Positions 46,762 through 56,363 of a stretch of DNA of 64,000 nt are shown in pieces; position 1 is the first letter of the stretch, and every line of letters starts with the position of its first letter. Under the pieces are notes generated by a model, which made no database searches, had not been told where the DNA came from, and worked only from the letters and a program-made list of their open reading frames with translations. Source of the DNA: an uncultured Muribaculaceae bacterium. GTDB lineage: Bacteria > Bacteroidota > Bacteroidia > Bacteroidales > Muribaculaceae. A program made the position numbers and the translations under genes. The DNA is taken from the NCBI GenBank assembly GCA_947174275.1, contig CAMWIJ010000004.1:2512-66511 (forward strand), in the 5' to 3' direction.

Positions 46762-48114
46762 ATGGGCAACAAAATCTTCAAAAGAAAAATATACGATCGG
46801 CTCCTCAAATGGAAAAATGAATCAAACGGAACAAATGCTCTCCTCATTGAAGGTGCCAGACGCATCGGGAAATCGACCATAGCTGAAGAATTTGCTAAAA
46901 ACGAATATGACGATTATCTGTTGATTGACTTTTCTATTGCCGATGACGATATTAAAGACTTATTCAATCATATTTCAGATATAAACCGTTTTTTTCTTGG
47001 GTTACAGACCCTCACCGGTAAGACACTTCATAAACGAAAGTCGATAATTATATTTGACGAAGTACAGTTCTGTCCGAAAGCCCGCCAGGCTATCAAACAT
47101 CTTGTCAAAGACGGACGATATGATTATCTTGAAACCGGCTCGCTGATATCCATAAAGAAAAATGTAGAAAACATACTTATACCAAGCGAGGAGTTACGTA
47201 TCAACATGTATCCCATGGATTTTGAGGAATTCCTGTGGGCTATAGGCAAAGAGGCGTCATTTGAGTTAATCAGACAATGTTTCAATGAGCTTCAACCCCT
47301 TGGGGAGTCTATAAACCGAACTATCATGCGCGATTTCCGCCTTTATATGCTTGTCGGCGGAATGCCTCAGGCTGTCAATGCATATCTCGACAGTAACGAT
47401 TTCGCTGTTGTCGACAGAAAAAAACGAGAAATTATCAGTCTTTATGAAGCCGATTTCAGAAAAATAGATTCCACCGGACGGGCTGCAACATTTTTCGACC
47501 ACATTCCTGCGGAGCTGTCACGCAAAGTCACCCGCTACAAAGTAGGCAGCGTCGTAGAAGGTGCAAGGCCATCTCGTCTCGGAGAACTGTTTGCCGATAT
47601 GGCTGATTCTAAAACTGTAAATTTCGCGTTTCTGGCCAGCGACCCAAGCATCGGGCTTGCCGCACATGCCAATTTCGATTTCTTTAAACTATATCTGGGT
47701 GACACCGGGCTGTTCATAACATTGACATTCATGGATAGGGATTTCACTGACAATGACATATACCGCAAACTTCTCAGCGACAAACTCCCTACAGATTTAG
47801 GTTATGTTTACGAAAATGTGGTCGCTCAATTACTCGTCAGCGCCGGACATTCGCTATACTACCACGTATTCAAAAAACAGTCTGACGACAATTCTGAACA
47901 GCACTCTTACGAAATAGACTTCCTGATCAGCAAAAAAGATAAGATTTGTCCAATCGAGGTAAAATCATCCGGCTATAAATCACATAAGTCTCTTGATGAA
48001 TTTCAAAAGAAATTCTCGTCTCGCATCAACCAACGTTACTTGATATACACCAAAGACTTACGCAAGGAGCAAGACATAATCTGCCTTCCTGTTTACATGA
48101 CCGGACTCCTGTAA
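46762..48114 (+). CDS. AAA_14-family ATPase with C-terminal DUF4143 / PD-(D/E)xK nuclease-like domain
   Basis: Walker A GARRIGKS, Walker B IIFDEVQ, ETGS, YPMDFEEFL, GGMP, KLYLGDTGL, ENVVAQ and EIDFL...PIEVKS; visibly AT-richer than its neighbours. Confidence 0.92.
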   Translation: MGNKIFKRKIYDRLLKWKNESNGTNALLIEGARRIGKSTIAEEFAKNEYDDYLLIDFSIADDDIKDLFNHISDINRFFLGLQTLTGKTLHKRKSIIIFDEVQFCPKARQAIKHLVKDGRYDYLETGSLISIKKNVENILIPSEELRINMYPMDFEEFLWAIGKEASFELIRQCFNELQPLGESINRTIMRDFRLYMLVGGMPQAVNAYLDSNDFAVVDRKKREIISLYEADFRKIDSTGRAATFFDHIPAELSRKVTRYKVGSVVEGARPSRLGELFADMADSKTVNFAFLASDPSIGLAAHANFDFFKLYLGDTGLFITLTFMDRDFTDNDIYRKLLSDKLPTDLGYVYENVVAQLLVSAGHSLYYHVFKKQSDDNSEQHSYEIDFLISKKDKICPIEVKSSGYKSHKSLDEFQKKFSSRINQRYLIYTKDLRKEQDIICLPVYMTGLL

Positions 48115-48168
48115 ACATTTCTCGATTCGGTGCAAAAATGACCGAAAACATTTTGCTGTTTCGTACAT
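48113..48168 (+). repeat. Downstream copy of the 33-bp-period repeat (one full unit plus one partial)
   Basis: aaacatttctcgattcggtgcaaaaatgaccga|aaacattttgctgtttcgtacat; 51/56 identical to 46666-46721 in the same orientation. Confidence 0.9.
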
Positions 48169-48170
48169 CT

Positions 48171-49571
48171 TCACTTCTCTTCGACCGCGCCCCCCTGCTC
48201 GGGCCATGGGAAAAGATGCGGATTGACCGACACATGCACATCGTCACGATGCAGCCTTACGCCGACATACTCGACGAGTTTCCGGCGCTGCTCCTCGGTT
48301 AGTCCGCCATCAGCCTTCACAAACACCATGTTTACCGTATCGTTACGCGAAGACGACACTCCGGCAAGCACCATATTCGACAACGCGATATCCTCTATCT
48401 GCGGGAAAAGCACCTTCACCTCCGGAGCCAGCTTCGACGACTCATCAGAAAAATCCGAACGCAACGCAAGCACCGACTCAAGCGAGTCTATACGGTTCTG
48501 ACGCTGCAATATTTCCTGCTGCATCACAGTGTAAAGCTGCGACACTGACTTGTCATCATCAGCAGCCGCACCAAGACTGAACCCCTGCTTTATCGTCAAT
48601 ATCGTGCCTCCAAGACCCACCGAGTCAAGTTTGTGGAGCATGGCGAGCTGTAGCGAATCCTTCGGCATCGCCTCCCCTATCAGCGTCACGTCGATATAGC
48701 GGCGTCCGTCTTTCATATACTCCTTATGGCTCAGCACCTGAGTGTTGGGAAACACCATCTCCTTATTGACAAACTGCGTGGCATTCACCATGAATATATT
48801 CGATCTTATCATATTGACTGTCAGGTAGGCACTCAACCCTATCGTGACAGTCACAATTGCCGTCACCACAGTCTGCACGCGCCGCGCCTTCTTTTCATCC
48901 TTCTGCACAACCGGCCTGAAACGCATCATCTTCACCCCTATCCACGTGGCAAACAATATGAACACCATATTGGTAAAAAACAGATACAGAGCCCCGAAAA
49001 AGAAATGCGGCTGCAACGTCGCCAGTCCGTATCCCGCCGTACACAGCGGAGGCATCAGCGACGTCGCTATAGCGACTCCCGGCAGCACCTGACCCTTGTT
49101 CCTGCATGCGAGGCTCACTATTCCCGCCCCGCCGCCAAACAACGCGATAAACACATCATAAATCGACGGCGACGTGCGCGCCAGCAACTGACTACCGTCC
49201 TCATACTGCGGCGATATCAGAAAATACACCGCCGACGCCACTATCGAACCCAACACCGCCATCAATATGTTCTTCAATCCCCGCTGCAACAACACATAGT
49301 CACTTATGCCGATACCGAGCCCCATTCCTATTATAGGCCCCATCAGCGGAGATATAAGCATCGCGCCTATTATCACCGCCACATTGTCAGTATTCAGACC
49401 CAGCGAAGCCACAAATATCGCAAACACCAATATCAGCAGCTGCGACCCCTTGAACGACACCCCCGACCGTATCGAAGCCTCCGTATCGGCCTGCGGCTCG
49501 AGGTCGGCACTGACATTGAAATACGACTTCAGATCATCGTATGTTCTGGTAAACCATTCCTTAAACGACAT
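48171..49571 (-). CDS. DUF389 / TIGR00341-family membrane protein
   Basis: ASLGLN...AVIIGAMLISPLMGPI, LARTSP..YD and PGVAIATSLMPPLC motifs. Confidence 0.88.
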   Translation of the reverse strand: MSFKEWFTRTYDDLKSYFNVSADLEPQADTEASIRSGVSFKGSQLLILVFAIFVASLGLNTDNVAVIIGAMLISPLMGPIIGMGLGIGISDYVLLQRGLKNILMAVLGSIVASAVYFLISPQYEDGSQLLARTSPSIYDVFIALFGGGAGIVSLACRNKGQVLPGVAIATSLMPPLCTAGYGLATLQPHFFFGALYLFFTNMVFILFATWIGVKMMRFRPVVQKDEKKARRVQTVVTAIVTVTIGLSAYLTVNMIRSNIFMVNATQFVNKEMVFPNTQVLSHKEYMKDGRRYIDVTLIGEAMPKDSLQLAMLHKLDSVGLGGTILTIKQGFSLGAAADDDKSVSQLYTVMQQEILQRQNRIDSLESVLALRSDFSDESSKLAPEVKVLFPQIEDIALSNMVLAGVSSSRNDTVNMVFVKADGGLTEEQRRKLVEYVGVRLHRDDVHVSVNPHLFPWPEQGGAVEEK

Positions 49572-49936
49572 ATCTCAAAAACATTAAAGTTGAAACGACA
49601 TGTATTAGCAGTTTATTTATACACCTGAACCAAAGAAGTAAGTTGCACAAAACAAAGTGATACTCATTAAACTCTATCTTCCATAATAAGATAACAAACG
49701 TACTTCGCATTAAGATTACACTCGGGATACATTTACACTCTATTTGTCAACTTTCATAACCACACAGTAGATTTTTCAAACAGACTATCTGAAATTATTT
49801 TGCTAAACAGCGAACTTCTATATAATCAAAATTATTCTTAAATAAAGGGACATTACTGATATTTGGTTAGAGTATGAGGCATGCAATGGTAGATTACATT
49901 AACTTTTTCAAATATAATTTTTAAATTTCAAATGTT

Positions 49937-50197
49937 ATGAAACGAATAACAAATCCTGATATGAGGAAAATCGCTATTATCCTTATTCTTCCGGTATTAA
50001 TTTTGTTATTTCCTTCATTATTCGAACAGTTTCGGGTATTAGCAATATCAATCTATGTTTCCTGTGTCACAGTATTTATTTTTCTCGCAGGTTATCATTG
50101 CATAAGACAAAAATGCTATGCGCAACTTGCCATTGCCGCAACCATTGTCATTCTACTTGTGGCCGCCATGGTCTTTATGCTAAATGTTACCATATAA
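49937..50197 (+). CDS. Small hypothetical membrane protein (about 3 TM helices) in an AT-rich patch
   Basis: 86-aa hydrophobic ORF with an AT-rich upstream region; no recognisable family. Confidence 0.5.
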   Translation: MKRITNPDMRKIAIILILPVLILLFPSLFEQFRVLAISIYVSCVTVFIFLAGYHCIRQKCYAQLAIAATIVILLVAAMVFMLNVTI

Positions 50198-50288
50198 AAA
50201 ATGTTGCTCTAATACGGTTTAAAATAAACATACTATAAGCCTCCTATCTGACTACGAGTATACGGAGTTAAGACCCCGTCCCTCCTCC

Positions 50289-52688
50289 TCAGAATATCAG
50301 CGCCACGCGGTAGACCACAAACGCCGCCAGCCACGCCGCCGCCGTATTATACACCGCAACAAACGCCCCGTATTTCCACGAATGGGTCTCCCTTACTATA
50401 GCCACAATCGTAGCGACACACGGGCAATAAAGCAGTATGAACACCATCAGCGACAATGCTACCGCCGGCGTGAAGTCAGGCTCGCCGGTCGCCGGATTGA
50501 CTGCCGTCAGCCGCGCCGACAGCGCCGTGTCATCAATCTCCTCGTCGCCCGTATAAAGCACACCGAGTGTCGACACCACAATCTCCTTCGCGGGAATGCC
50601 GGCCACCACAGCCACCGACGCCCTCCACGAGAAACCAAGCGGACGGAACACCGGATTGATGGCCTTGCCTATCATCTCCAGAAACGAGTCGTGCGACATA
50701 TCTATACTGTCATCTCCCGCCTGCTCTGCGACGACCGCACTCTCGGCCGTCTCCTCATGGCGTGGGAAATAATTGAGTGCCCACACAACGATGCTCGCCA
50801 CAAGTATGATGCCGCCCATCTTGCGCAGATACTGCTGTGCCTTCCACCACATGTGGCGCATTGACGACTTCAGCGTCGGCACCCTGTAAGGCGGCAGCTC
50901 CATCACAAATGGCGTCTCGTCGACCTTGAAGACAAACCGCCGCAACAATCTCGCCGTAATCACCGCCACTGCCACGCCGAGCACATATATCAGCAGAAAC
51001 ACCAGCGCCGCGTGCGCCGAGAAGAATGTCCCCACAAGAAGCACATATATCGGCAGACGGGCCGAACACGACACAAACGGATTGATAAGTATCGTTATCA
51101 GCCGTGAGCTGCGGCTCTCTATCGTGCGGCATGCCATGATGGCCGGCACATTACATCCGAAGCCCATCACCAGCGGAATGAACGACTTGCCGTGAAGCCC
51201 TATCTTATGCATTATCCGGTCCATGATAAACGCCGCCCTCGCCATGTAGCCGGAATCCTCCATAAACGATATGAAGAAATACAATATCAATATATTTGGC
51301 AGAAACACAATCACACCGCCCACACCGCCGATTATTCCGTCAGCAATCAGATCCTTGAGCGGCCCCTCCGCCATATTGTCATTTACAACACCGCTGAGCA
51401 GGTCGAAACCGCTCTCGATCCATTCCATCGGATACTGCCCGATATAGAATGTCACCCAGAAGATAAAGAACATTATGGCGAGAAACACCGGAAAACCGAA
51501 AAGCCTGTTGGTGACAAACGCGTCGATTATATGCGTCGTCGACACCTTCTCTTTCTCACTGCGCTCAAGCGTCTCGGCAAGCGCACCAGATATGAAGCCA
51601 TACTTCTCGTTGGCCACCATCGTCGACACATCTTCGTCGTGCATTTCGCCCAGATGAGCCACCGCCTTGTCTCGGAGCTCCTTGATTTCAGAACTTTTCG
51701 ACGAACTCTCAATGATTTTATCCGCCTCCTGATCCTTTTCAAGCAGCTTGATAGCGAGATATCTGGCAGAAAAACGGCTTGAAATCTGCGGATCGGCCTT
51801 AAGCAGAGGCTTTACCGTATCTATCGCGTCCTCGACATCACGCCCCAGCTTCACATGCACATGCCGCACATCCTCATTGCGCCCCTCATACACCTCTATG
51901 ATTGTGTCAAACAGCCGATCGATGCCCTCGCCGTTGCGCGACACTGTAGGCACAATAGGCACCCCTATCATCCCCCCCAGCGTCTTATAGTCGAGAGTGT
52001 CGCCCGAACTGCGCAGCTCGTCATACAGATTGAGCGCTATCACCATCGAGTGGTCCATGTCGATAAGCTCCGTCGTCAGATACAGATTGCGCTCAAGATT
52101 TGACGCGTCAACCACATTGACAATCACATCAGGCATCGACTCCGACAGATAGCGCCTCACATACAGCTCCTCAGGCGAGTAAGCCGAAAGCGAATAAGTG
52201 CCCGGCAGATCGACAATATTGAACTTATATCCTTTGTGTCGAAATGTGCCGTGCTTGCAGTCGACAGTCACTCCGCTGTAGTTTCCCACATGCTCCTGAG
52301 CCCCCGACGCTATATTGAAAAGCGATGTCTTGCCGCAATTTGGATTGCCCACAAGGGCTATATTTATAGTGCGTCCCGAAGCCTCGAGATTTCTTGACAT
52401 ACCGTCACCGTCATTATCAACCGCAGGCTCAAACGTGGCATCACACCCCGCCTGTCTGTATTCACTCTCCGGAACTACTTCTATCATCGACGCCTCGCTG
52501 TGGCGCAACGACACTTCATAACCCATCAGACGGTATTTCACCGGGTCGCGTAACGGCGCATTCAACACAGCCGTGATTTCACGCCCTTTGACAAATCCCA
52601 TCTCCATCACACGGCGGCGAAACGCCCCGTGTCCGAGTATTTTTATTATTACAGCCGACTGGCCTGTTTCAAGATCCGATAATCTCAT
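50289..52688 (-). CDS. feoB: Ferrous iron transporter FeoB with fused N-terminal FeoA domain
   Basis: FeoA motif (RRRVMEMGF...APLRDP...VSLR), G1 GNPNCGKT, GNYSGVTV, DLPGTYSL, GFGCNVPA, SCSAR and FVMELPPY. Confidence 0.96.
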   Translation of the reverse strand: MRLSDLETGQSAVIIKILGHGAFRRRVMEMGFVKGREITAVLNAPLRDPVKYRLMGYEVSLRHSEASMIEVVPESEYRQAGCDATFEPAVDNDGDGMSRNLEASGRTINIALVGNPNCGKTSLFNIASGAQEHVGNYSGVTVDCKHGTFRHKGYKFNIVDLPGTYSLSAYSPEELYVRRYLSESMPDVIVNVVDASNLERNLYLTTELIDMDHSMVIALNLYDELRSSGDTLDYKTLGGMIGVPIVPTVSRNGEGIDRLFDTIIEVYEGRNEDVRHVHVKLGRDVEDAIDTVKPLLKADPQISSRFSARYLAIKLLEKDQEADKIIESSSKSSEIKELRDKAVAHLGEMHDEDVSTMVANEKYGFISGALAETLERSEKEKVSTTHIIDAFVTNRLFGFPVFLAIMFFIFWVTFYIGQYPMEWIESGFDLLSGVVNDNMAEGPLKDLIADGIIGGVGGVIVFLPNILILYFFISFMEDSGYMARAAFIMDRIMHKIGLHGKSFIPLVMGFGCNVPAIMACRTIESRSSRLITILINPFVSCSARLPIYVLLVGTFFSAHAALVFLLIYVLGVAVAVITARLLRRFVFKVDETPFVMELPPYRVPTLKSSMRHMWWKAQQYLRKMGGIILVASIVVWALNYFPRHEETAESAVVAEQAGDDSIDMSHDSFLEMIGKAINPVFRPLGFSWRASVAVVAGIPAKEIVVSTLGVLYTGDEEIDDTALSARLTAVNPATGEPDFTPAVALSLMVFILLYCPCVATIVAIVRETHSWKYGAFVAVYNTAAAWLAAFVVYRVALIF

Positions 52689-52794
52689 GACTCACACTAT
52701 ATTTGATACAGGTTTCGGGAGAGACTTCCGCAATATGCCATTGCAGCATGCAAAGGTCAGAAAAAATCCATTCAATACAAAACATTTACAGCCA

Positions 52795-52817
52795 TTATTT
52801 ATATCCATTCTAAACAA
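52795..52817. promoter_or_regulatory. Candidate Bacteroidetes-type Fur box upstream of feoB
   Basis: ttatttata-tccat-tctaaacaa, an imperfect 9-5-9 inverted repeat (each arm 8/9 to TTATTTAGA / TCTAAATAA), 107 bp upstream of the feoB ATG. Confidence 0.5.
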
Positions 52818-52989
52818 ACCCGCTAATTTGGACATCATATTACGGATTAATGAATCGTGAATTATGATTGTGATTGTGAATTGTTTCATTTTTTTTGTAA
52901 TTTTGACGATTATTTGCAATTTGACAGCCGATATCACGTTTTATAATCAGTAGAGCTGATATAATGCCGCTGCAAAACAACCGATAGCA

Positions 52990-53730
52990 ATGAAAAAGAG
53001 ACTAATCGCACTGCTTGTGCTCATATATACAATAGCGGGAACTGCTACAACAACCGCGCAGGAGCCTTTCCGCCGCGGCCTCCAGCAGGTCACATTCGTC
53101 CCGAAAGGACAATGGATTACCGGCGTCAGCGTAAGCTACTCCCAGTCAAACCAGTCAAACTATCAGTTCCTCGTCATTGAAAACCTCAACGGCGACACCT
53201 ACAGTTTTAAGGTCAGCCCCATGCTGATGTACTCTTTCAAGGACAATCTCGCCGCAGGAGCACGCTTCGCCTACACCCGCTCGAAAGTCGACCTCCGCTC
53301 AGCCGACGTAGTGCTTGACTCCGAGACCGGTTATAACGTCGACAACCTTTACAGCATATCGCAGAACTGGTATGGCACTGCCGCATTCCGCAACTACATC
53401 TCGCTTGGCAACAACCGCCGCTTCGGCATGTTCAACGAAGTGCAGCTCGAAATCGGCGGCGGCGAGTCAAAAATATGCAACGGCTCAGGCGACGACCTCA
53501 CCGGCACATATTCCCGCAATGTCAGCTTCAACATAGGTCTCGCGCCCGGCATGATAATGTTTCTCAACAACTATTCGGCGCTCGAAGTCAACGTCGGTGT
53601 GCTCGGCTTCTCTTACACAAGCTCAAAATCTACAACCGACCGCGTATATGTCGCTCACTCCGACTCCCGACGCGCCAACTTTAAAATAAACCTCTTTTCA
53701 ATCACCTTCGGGGTGGCATTCTATCTGTAA
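52990..53730 (+). CDS. Putative outer-membrane beta-barrel protein (paralogue 1)
   Basis: Signal peptide, amphipathic strands and C-terminal FGVAFYL. Confidence 0.75.
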   Translation: MKKRLIALLVLIYTIAGTATTTAQEPFRRGLQQVTFVPKGQWITGVSVSYSQSNQSNYQFLVIENLNGDTYSFKVSPMLMYSFKDNLAAGARFAYTRSKVDLRSADVVLDSETGYNVDNLYSISQNWYGTAAFRNYISLGNNRRFGMFNEVQLEIGGGESKICNGSGDDLTGTYSRNVSFNIGLAPGMIMFLNNYSALEVNVGVLGFSYTSSKSTTDRVYVAHSDSRRANFKINLFSITFGVAFYL

Positions 53731-53735
53731 GCGCT

Positions 53736-54671
53736 ATGAAAAAGATTAAATTACTGCTCATCGTCATCGCGCTGTTGCTTTCCGCCGCTCAGGCCGGCGC
53801 CCAGTCTTCCGTATGCGCAGAAGCGCCTGTTGCCCATCGTCCGTGCAAGGATTTCTCCAGCAAATTCATAATCAGCGAAAACATTCTCGGCTCCAAGAAA
53901 ATCAAGCTCGACTCGCTGAGCGGGTCAAGTCCCTACCTCGATCAAAAAGTAATTGTCGGCGGCGACACCGTCAGCATAATTCTCCCCGACAAAAACTACG
54001 GACGCTACGACCGCGGCCTCTTCAACTTCCTCATCATACCCAAAGGCCAATGGTCGTTCGGACTCACCGCTTCCTACGGCGAATTCAACACCGACGACAT
54101 TCAGATACTATCCATACTCAAAAACTTCGACCTCAAAGTCAAGGCCTACTCTCTCAAACCCTCGATTTCCTACTTCTTCCGCAGCAACCAGTCAATAGGC
54201 ATAAAGTTCGACTACACCCGCTCGTCGGTCGACCTCGACAACATGACATTCGACTTCGACGGCGACCTGAACTTCTCGCTACGCGACATCAGCTACTACT
54301 CGCAATCCTACACCGCGTCGATCAACTATCGCAACTATATCGGACTCGGCCCGGAAAAGCGTTTCGCAATATTCAACGAAGTCGACCTCGGGTTCGGCAG
54401 CGGATCATCACGCTTCAAACGGCTCTACAACAACGAGCCGCGCGACACCCGCACCAACATCACCCGCGCAAGCCTGAACTTCAGCCCCGGTCTATGCGTA
54501 TTCATAATGGACTACGTATCGTTCAACGTGTCATTCGGCGTGTTCGGACTCCACATGACCAACGAAAAGCAGACCACCGACGGCATCGAAGAAGGCTCAC
54601 GCTTCTCTTCCGGAGCCAACTTCCGCTTCAACATCTTCAACATCAACTTCGGCATGGCCGTACACATCTGA
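53736..54671 (+). CDS. Putative outer-membrane beta-barrel protein (paralogue 2)
   Basis: Signal peptide; shares PKGQW, RNYI.LG..RF..FNEV and ANF..N.F...FG motifs with the upstream gene. Confidence 0.75.
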   Translation: MKKIKLLLIVIALLLSAAQAGAQSSVCAEAPVAHRPCKDFSSKFIISENILGSKKIKLDSLSGSSPYLDQKVIVGGDTVSIILPDKNYGRYDRGLFNFLIIPKGQWSFGLTASYGEFNTDDIQILSILKNFDLKVKAYSLKPSISYFFRSNQSIGIKFDYTRSSVDLDNMTFDFDGDLNFSLRDISYYSQSYTASINYRNYIGLGPEKRFAIFNEVDLGFGSGSSRFKRLYNNEPRDTRTNITRASLNFSPGLCVFIMDYVSFNVSFGVFGLHMTNEKQTTDGIEEGSRFSSGANFRFNIFNINFGMAVHI

Positions 54672-54701
54672 CGTCAGCAGATCAACAGACAATATCACCG
54701 C

Positions 54702-56279
54702 ATGACTAAAATCACCAACATAACATACGCGACGCTCACCGCACTGCTCATCGCGGTCATCGCTGCAGGCTGCATCAAAAACGATATCCCCTATCCGCGC
54801 ATACAGCCCAACATCACAAGTCTCGAAGTGCGGCACCAGTCTCAGGCCGCTCAGCTTGACACCATCAACCGTATAGCCACTGTCTACCTCGACGAAACAG
54901 CCGATATCTACAACGTCGACATACTGCAGTGCACGCTGTCCGACAAAGCATCTTTCGTCGGCGACTCCATCGCAGGCTCAATCGACCTCTCCCAGCCTCG
55001 CTACTATATCCTTCAGATATATCAGGAATATGTATGGACCCTCAAAGCCGTACAGAACATTACACGCAACTTCTCAGTAGCCAACCAGATAGGAGCATCG
55101 GTAATCGACGTGCCCGGACGACGCATCGTTGTGACCCTGCCATCAACAGCCGATATCTCTCAGGTAAAAATTCTGACAGCGAAATTAGGCTCTGAAAACT
55201 CAACAATCACCCCCGAAATCGAAGGCCGATACATCGACCTTACCCATCCGTATCAGATCACTGTGACCGACTACGGACGCTCGGCCGACTGGACTATCTA
55301 CTGCCTGACTACAGAAGCGACTGTGACTACCGTGCGCGCCGACGCATGGACCAACGTCGCATGGGTCTACGGCGAAGCCCAGGAAGGACGCGACAACTAT
55401 ATCGAATACCGCGCCGCTTCCGATACAGAATGGACCCGCGTTCCCGACTCATGGCTCACCGTCGACGGCGGCAGCTTCCACGCCCGCATAATTCACCTGC
55501 AGGCACTCACCGACTACGTTGCCCGCGCTGTGTCAGGCGACGAATACGGAGCCGAAATCGAATTCCGCACCGGCGCCGTCATACAGCCGCCAAACGCCGA
55601 CTTCGACAACTGGTGGCTCAACGGCAAAGTCTGGAACCCCTGGGCTGAAGGCGGCGAACAATTCTGGGACACCGGCAACAAAGGCGCCACCACGCTCGGC
55701 TCAAGCAACACACAGCCATCTGACGATACTCCCACTGGCTCAGGCCGCTCAGCTCGCCTCGAGACTCGCTTCGTGGGCATCGGCATGGTCGGAAAACTTG
55801 CCGCCGGAAATATCTTTGCCGGCGAATACGTCCGCACTGACGGAACAAACGGTATCCTTAGTTTCGGCAAGCCTTTTGCCGAACGTCCGACACGGCTGCG
55901 CGGATACTACACCTACCACTCAGCTCCAATCAGTTCCGTAACATCCGGATTTAACGATCTCAAAGACCGTCCCGACACATGCACCGTATGGGCCGCGCTC
56001 ATCGACACCCCCGAACCGTTCGAGATACGCACCAACCCCGCCAACCGACAACTCTTCGACCCTGAAGCTCCCTACGTTATTGCCTACGGCGCATTCCAGA
56101 GCGGTGACGACTGCACGCAATGGTCGCAGTTCGAATTCGATCTCCAATACAAAGCCACCGACCGCGTGCCACGCTACATTCTCATCGTCGGCTCGGCAAG
56201 CAAATACGGCGACTACTTCACCGGAGGCAACGGCTCAGTGCTCTGCCTCGACGACCTCCAGCTGCTCTACGACTATTGA
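54702..56279 (+). CDS. PCMD (putative carbohydrate metabolism domain) lipoprotein
   Basis: Lipobox AAG-C then IKND; PNADFDNW, WDTGNKG, KLAAGNIF.G, FG.PF..RP..L.GYY and ASKYGDYFTG..GSVLCLDD. Confidence 0.85.
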   Translation: MTKITNITYATLTALLIAVIAAGCIKNDIPYPRIQPNITSLEVRHQSQAAQLDTINRIATVYLDETADIYNVDILQCTLSDKASFVGDSIAGSIDLSQPRYYILQIYQEYVWTLKAVQNITRNFSVANQIGASVIDVPGRRIVVTLPSTADISQVKILTAKLGSENSTITPEIEGRYIDLTHPYQITVTDYGRSADWTIYCLTTEATVTTVRADAWTNVAWVYGEAQEGRDNYIEYRAASDTEWTRVPDSWLTVDGGSFHARIIHLQALTDYVARAVSGDEYGAEIEFRTGAVIQPPNADFDNWWLNGKVWNPWAEGGEQFWDTGNKGATTLGSSNTQPSDDTPTGSGRSARLETRFVGIGMVGKLAAGNIFAGEYVRTDGTNGILSFGKPFAERPTRLRGYYTYHSAPISSVTSGFNDLKDRPDTCTVWAALIDTPEPFEIRTNPANRQLFDPEAPYVIAYGAFQSGDDCTQWSQFEFDLQYKATDRVPRYILIVGSASKYGDYFTGGNGSVLCLDDLQLLYDY

Positions 56280-56363
56280 CAATCGGCCGGGTCACAGAAA
56301 TCCCGACTACCGGGAGCCCGAAAATACATGTAACTTAATCAACCCGACAATAATTGTAAAATT

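Noticed and set aside
50289-52688. FeoA-FeoB fusion as a novelty
   Set aside because: This fusion is common in Bacteroidota.
53813-54709. 298-aa same-strand alternative-frame ORF rich in R, Q, L, H and P
   Set aside because: Off-frame read-through of C-ending codons in the barrel gene; the composition is not protein-like.
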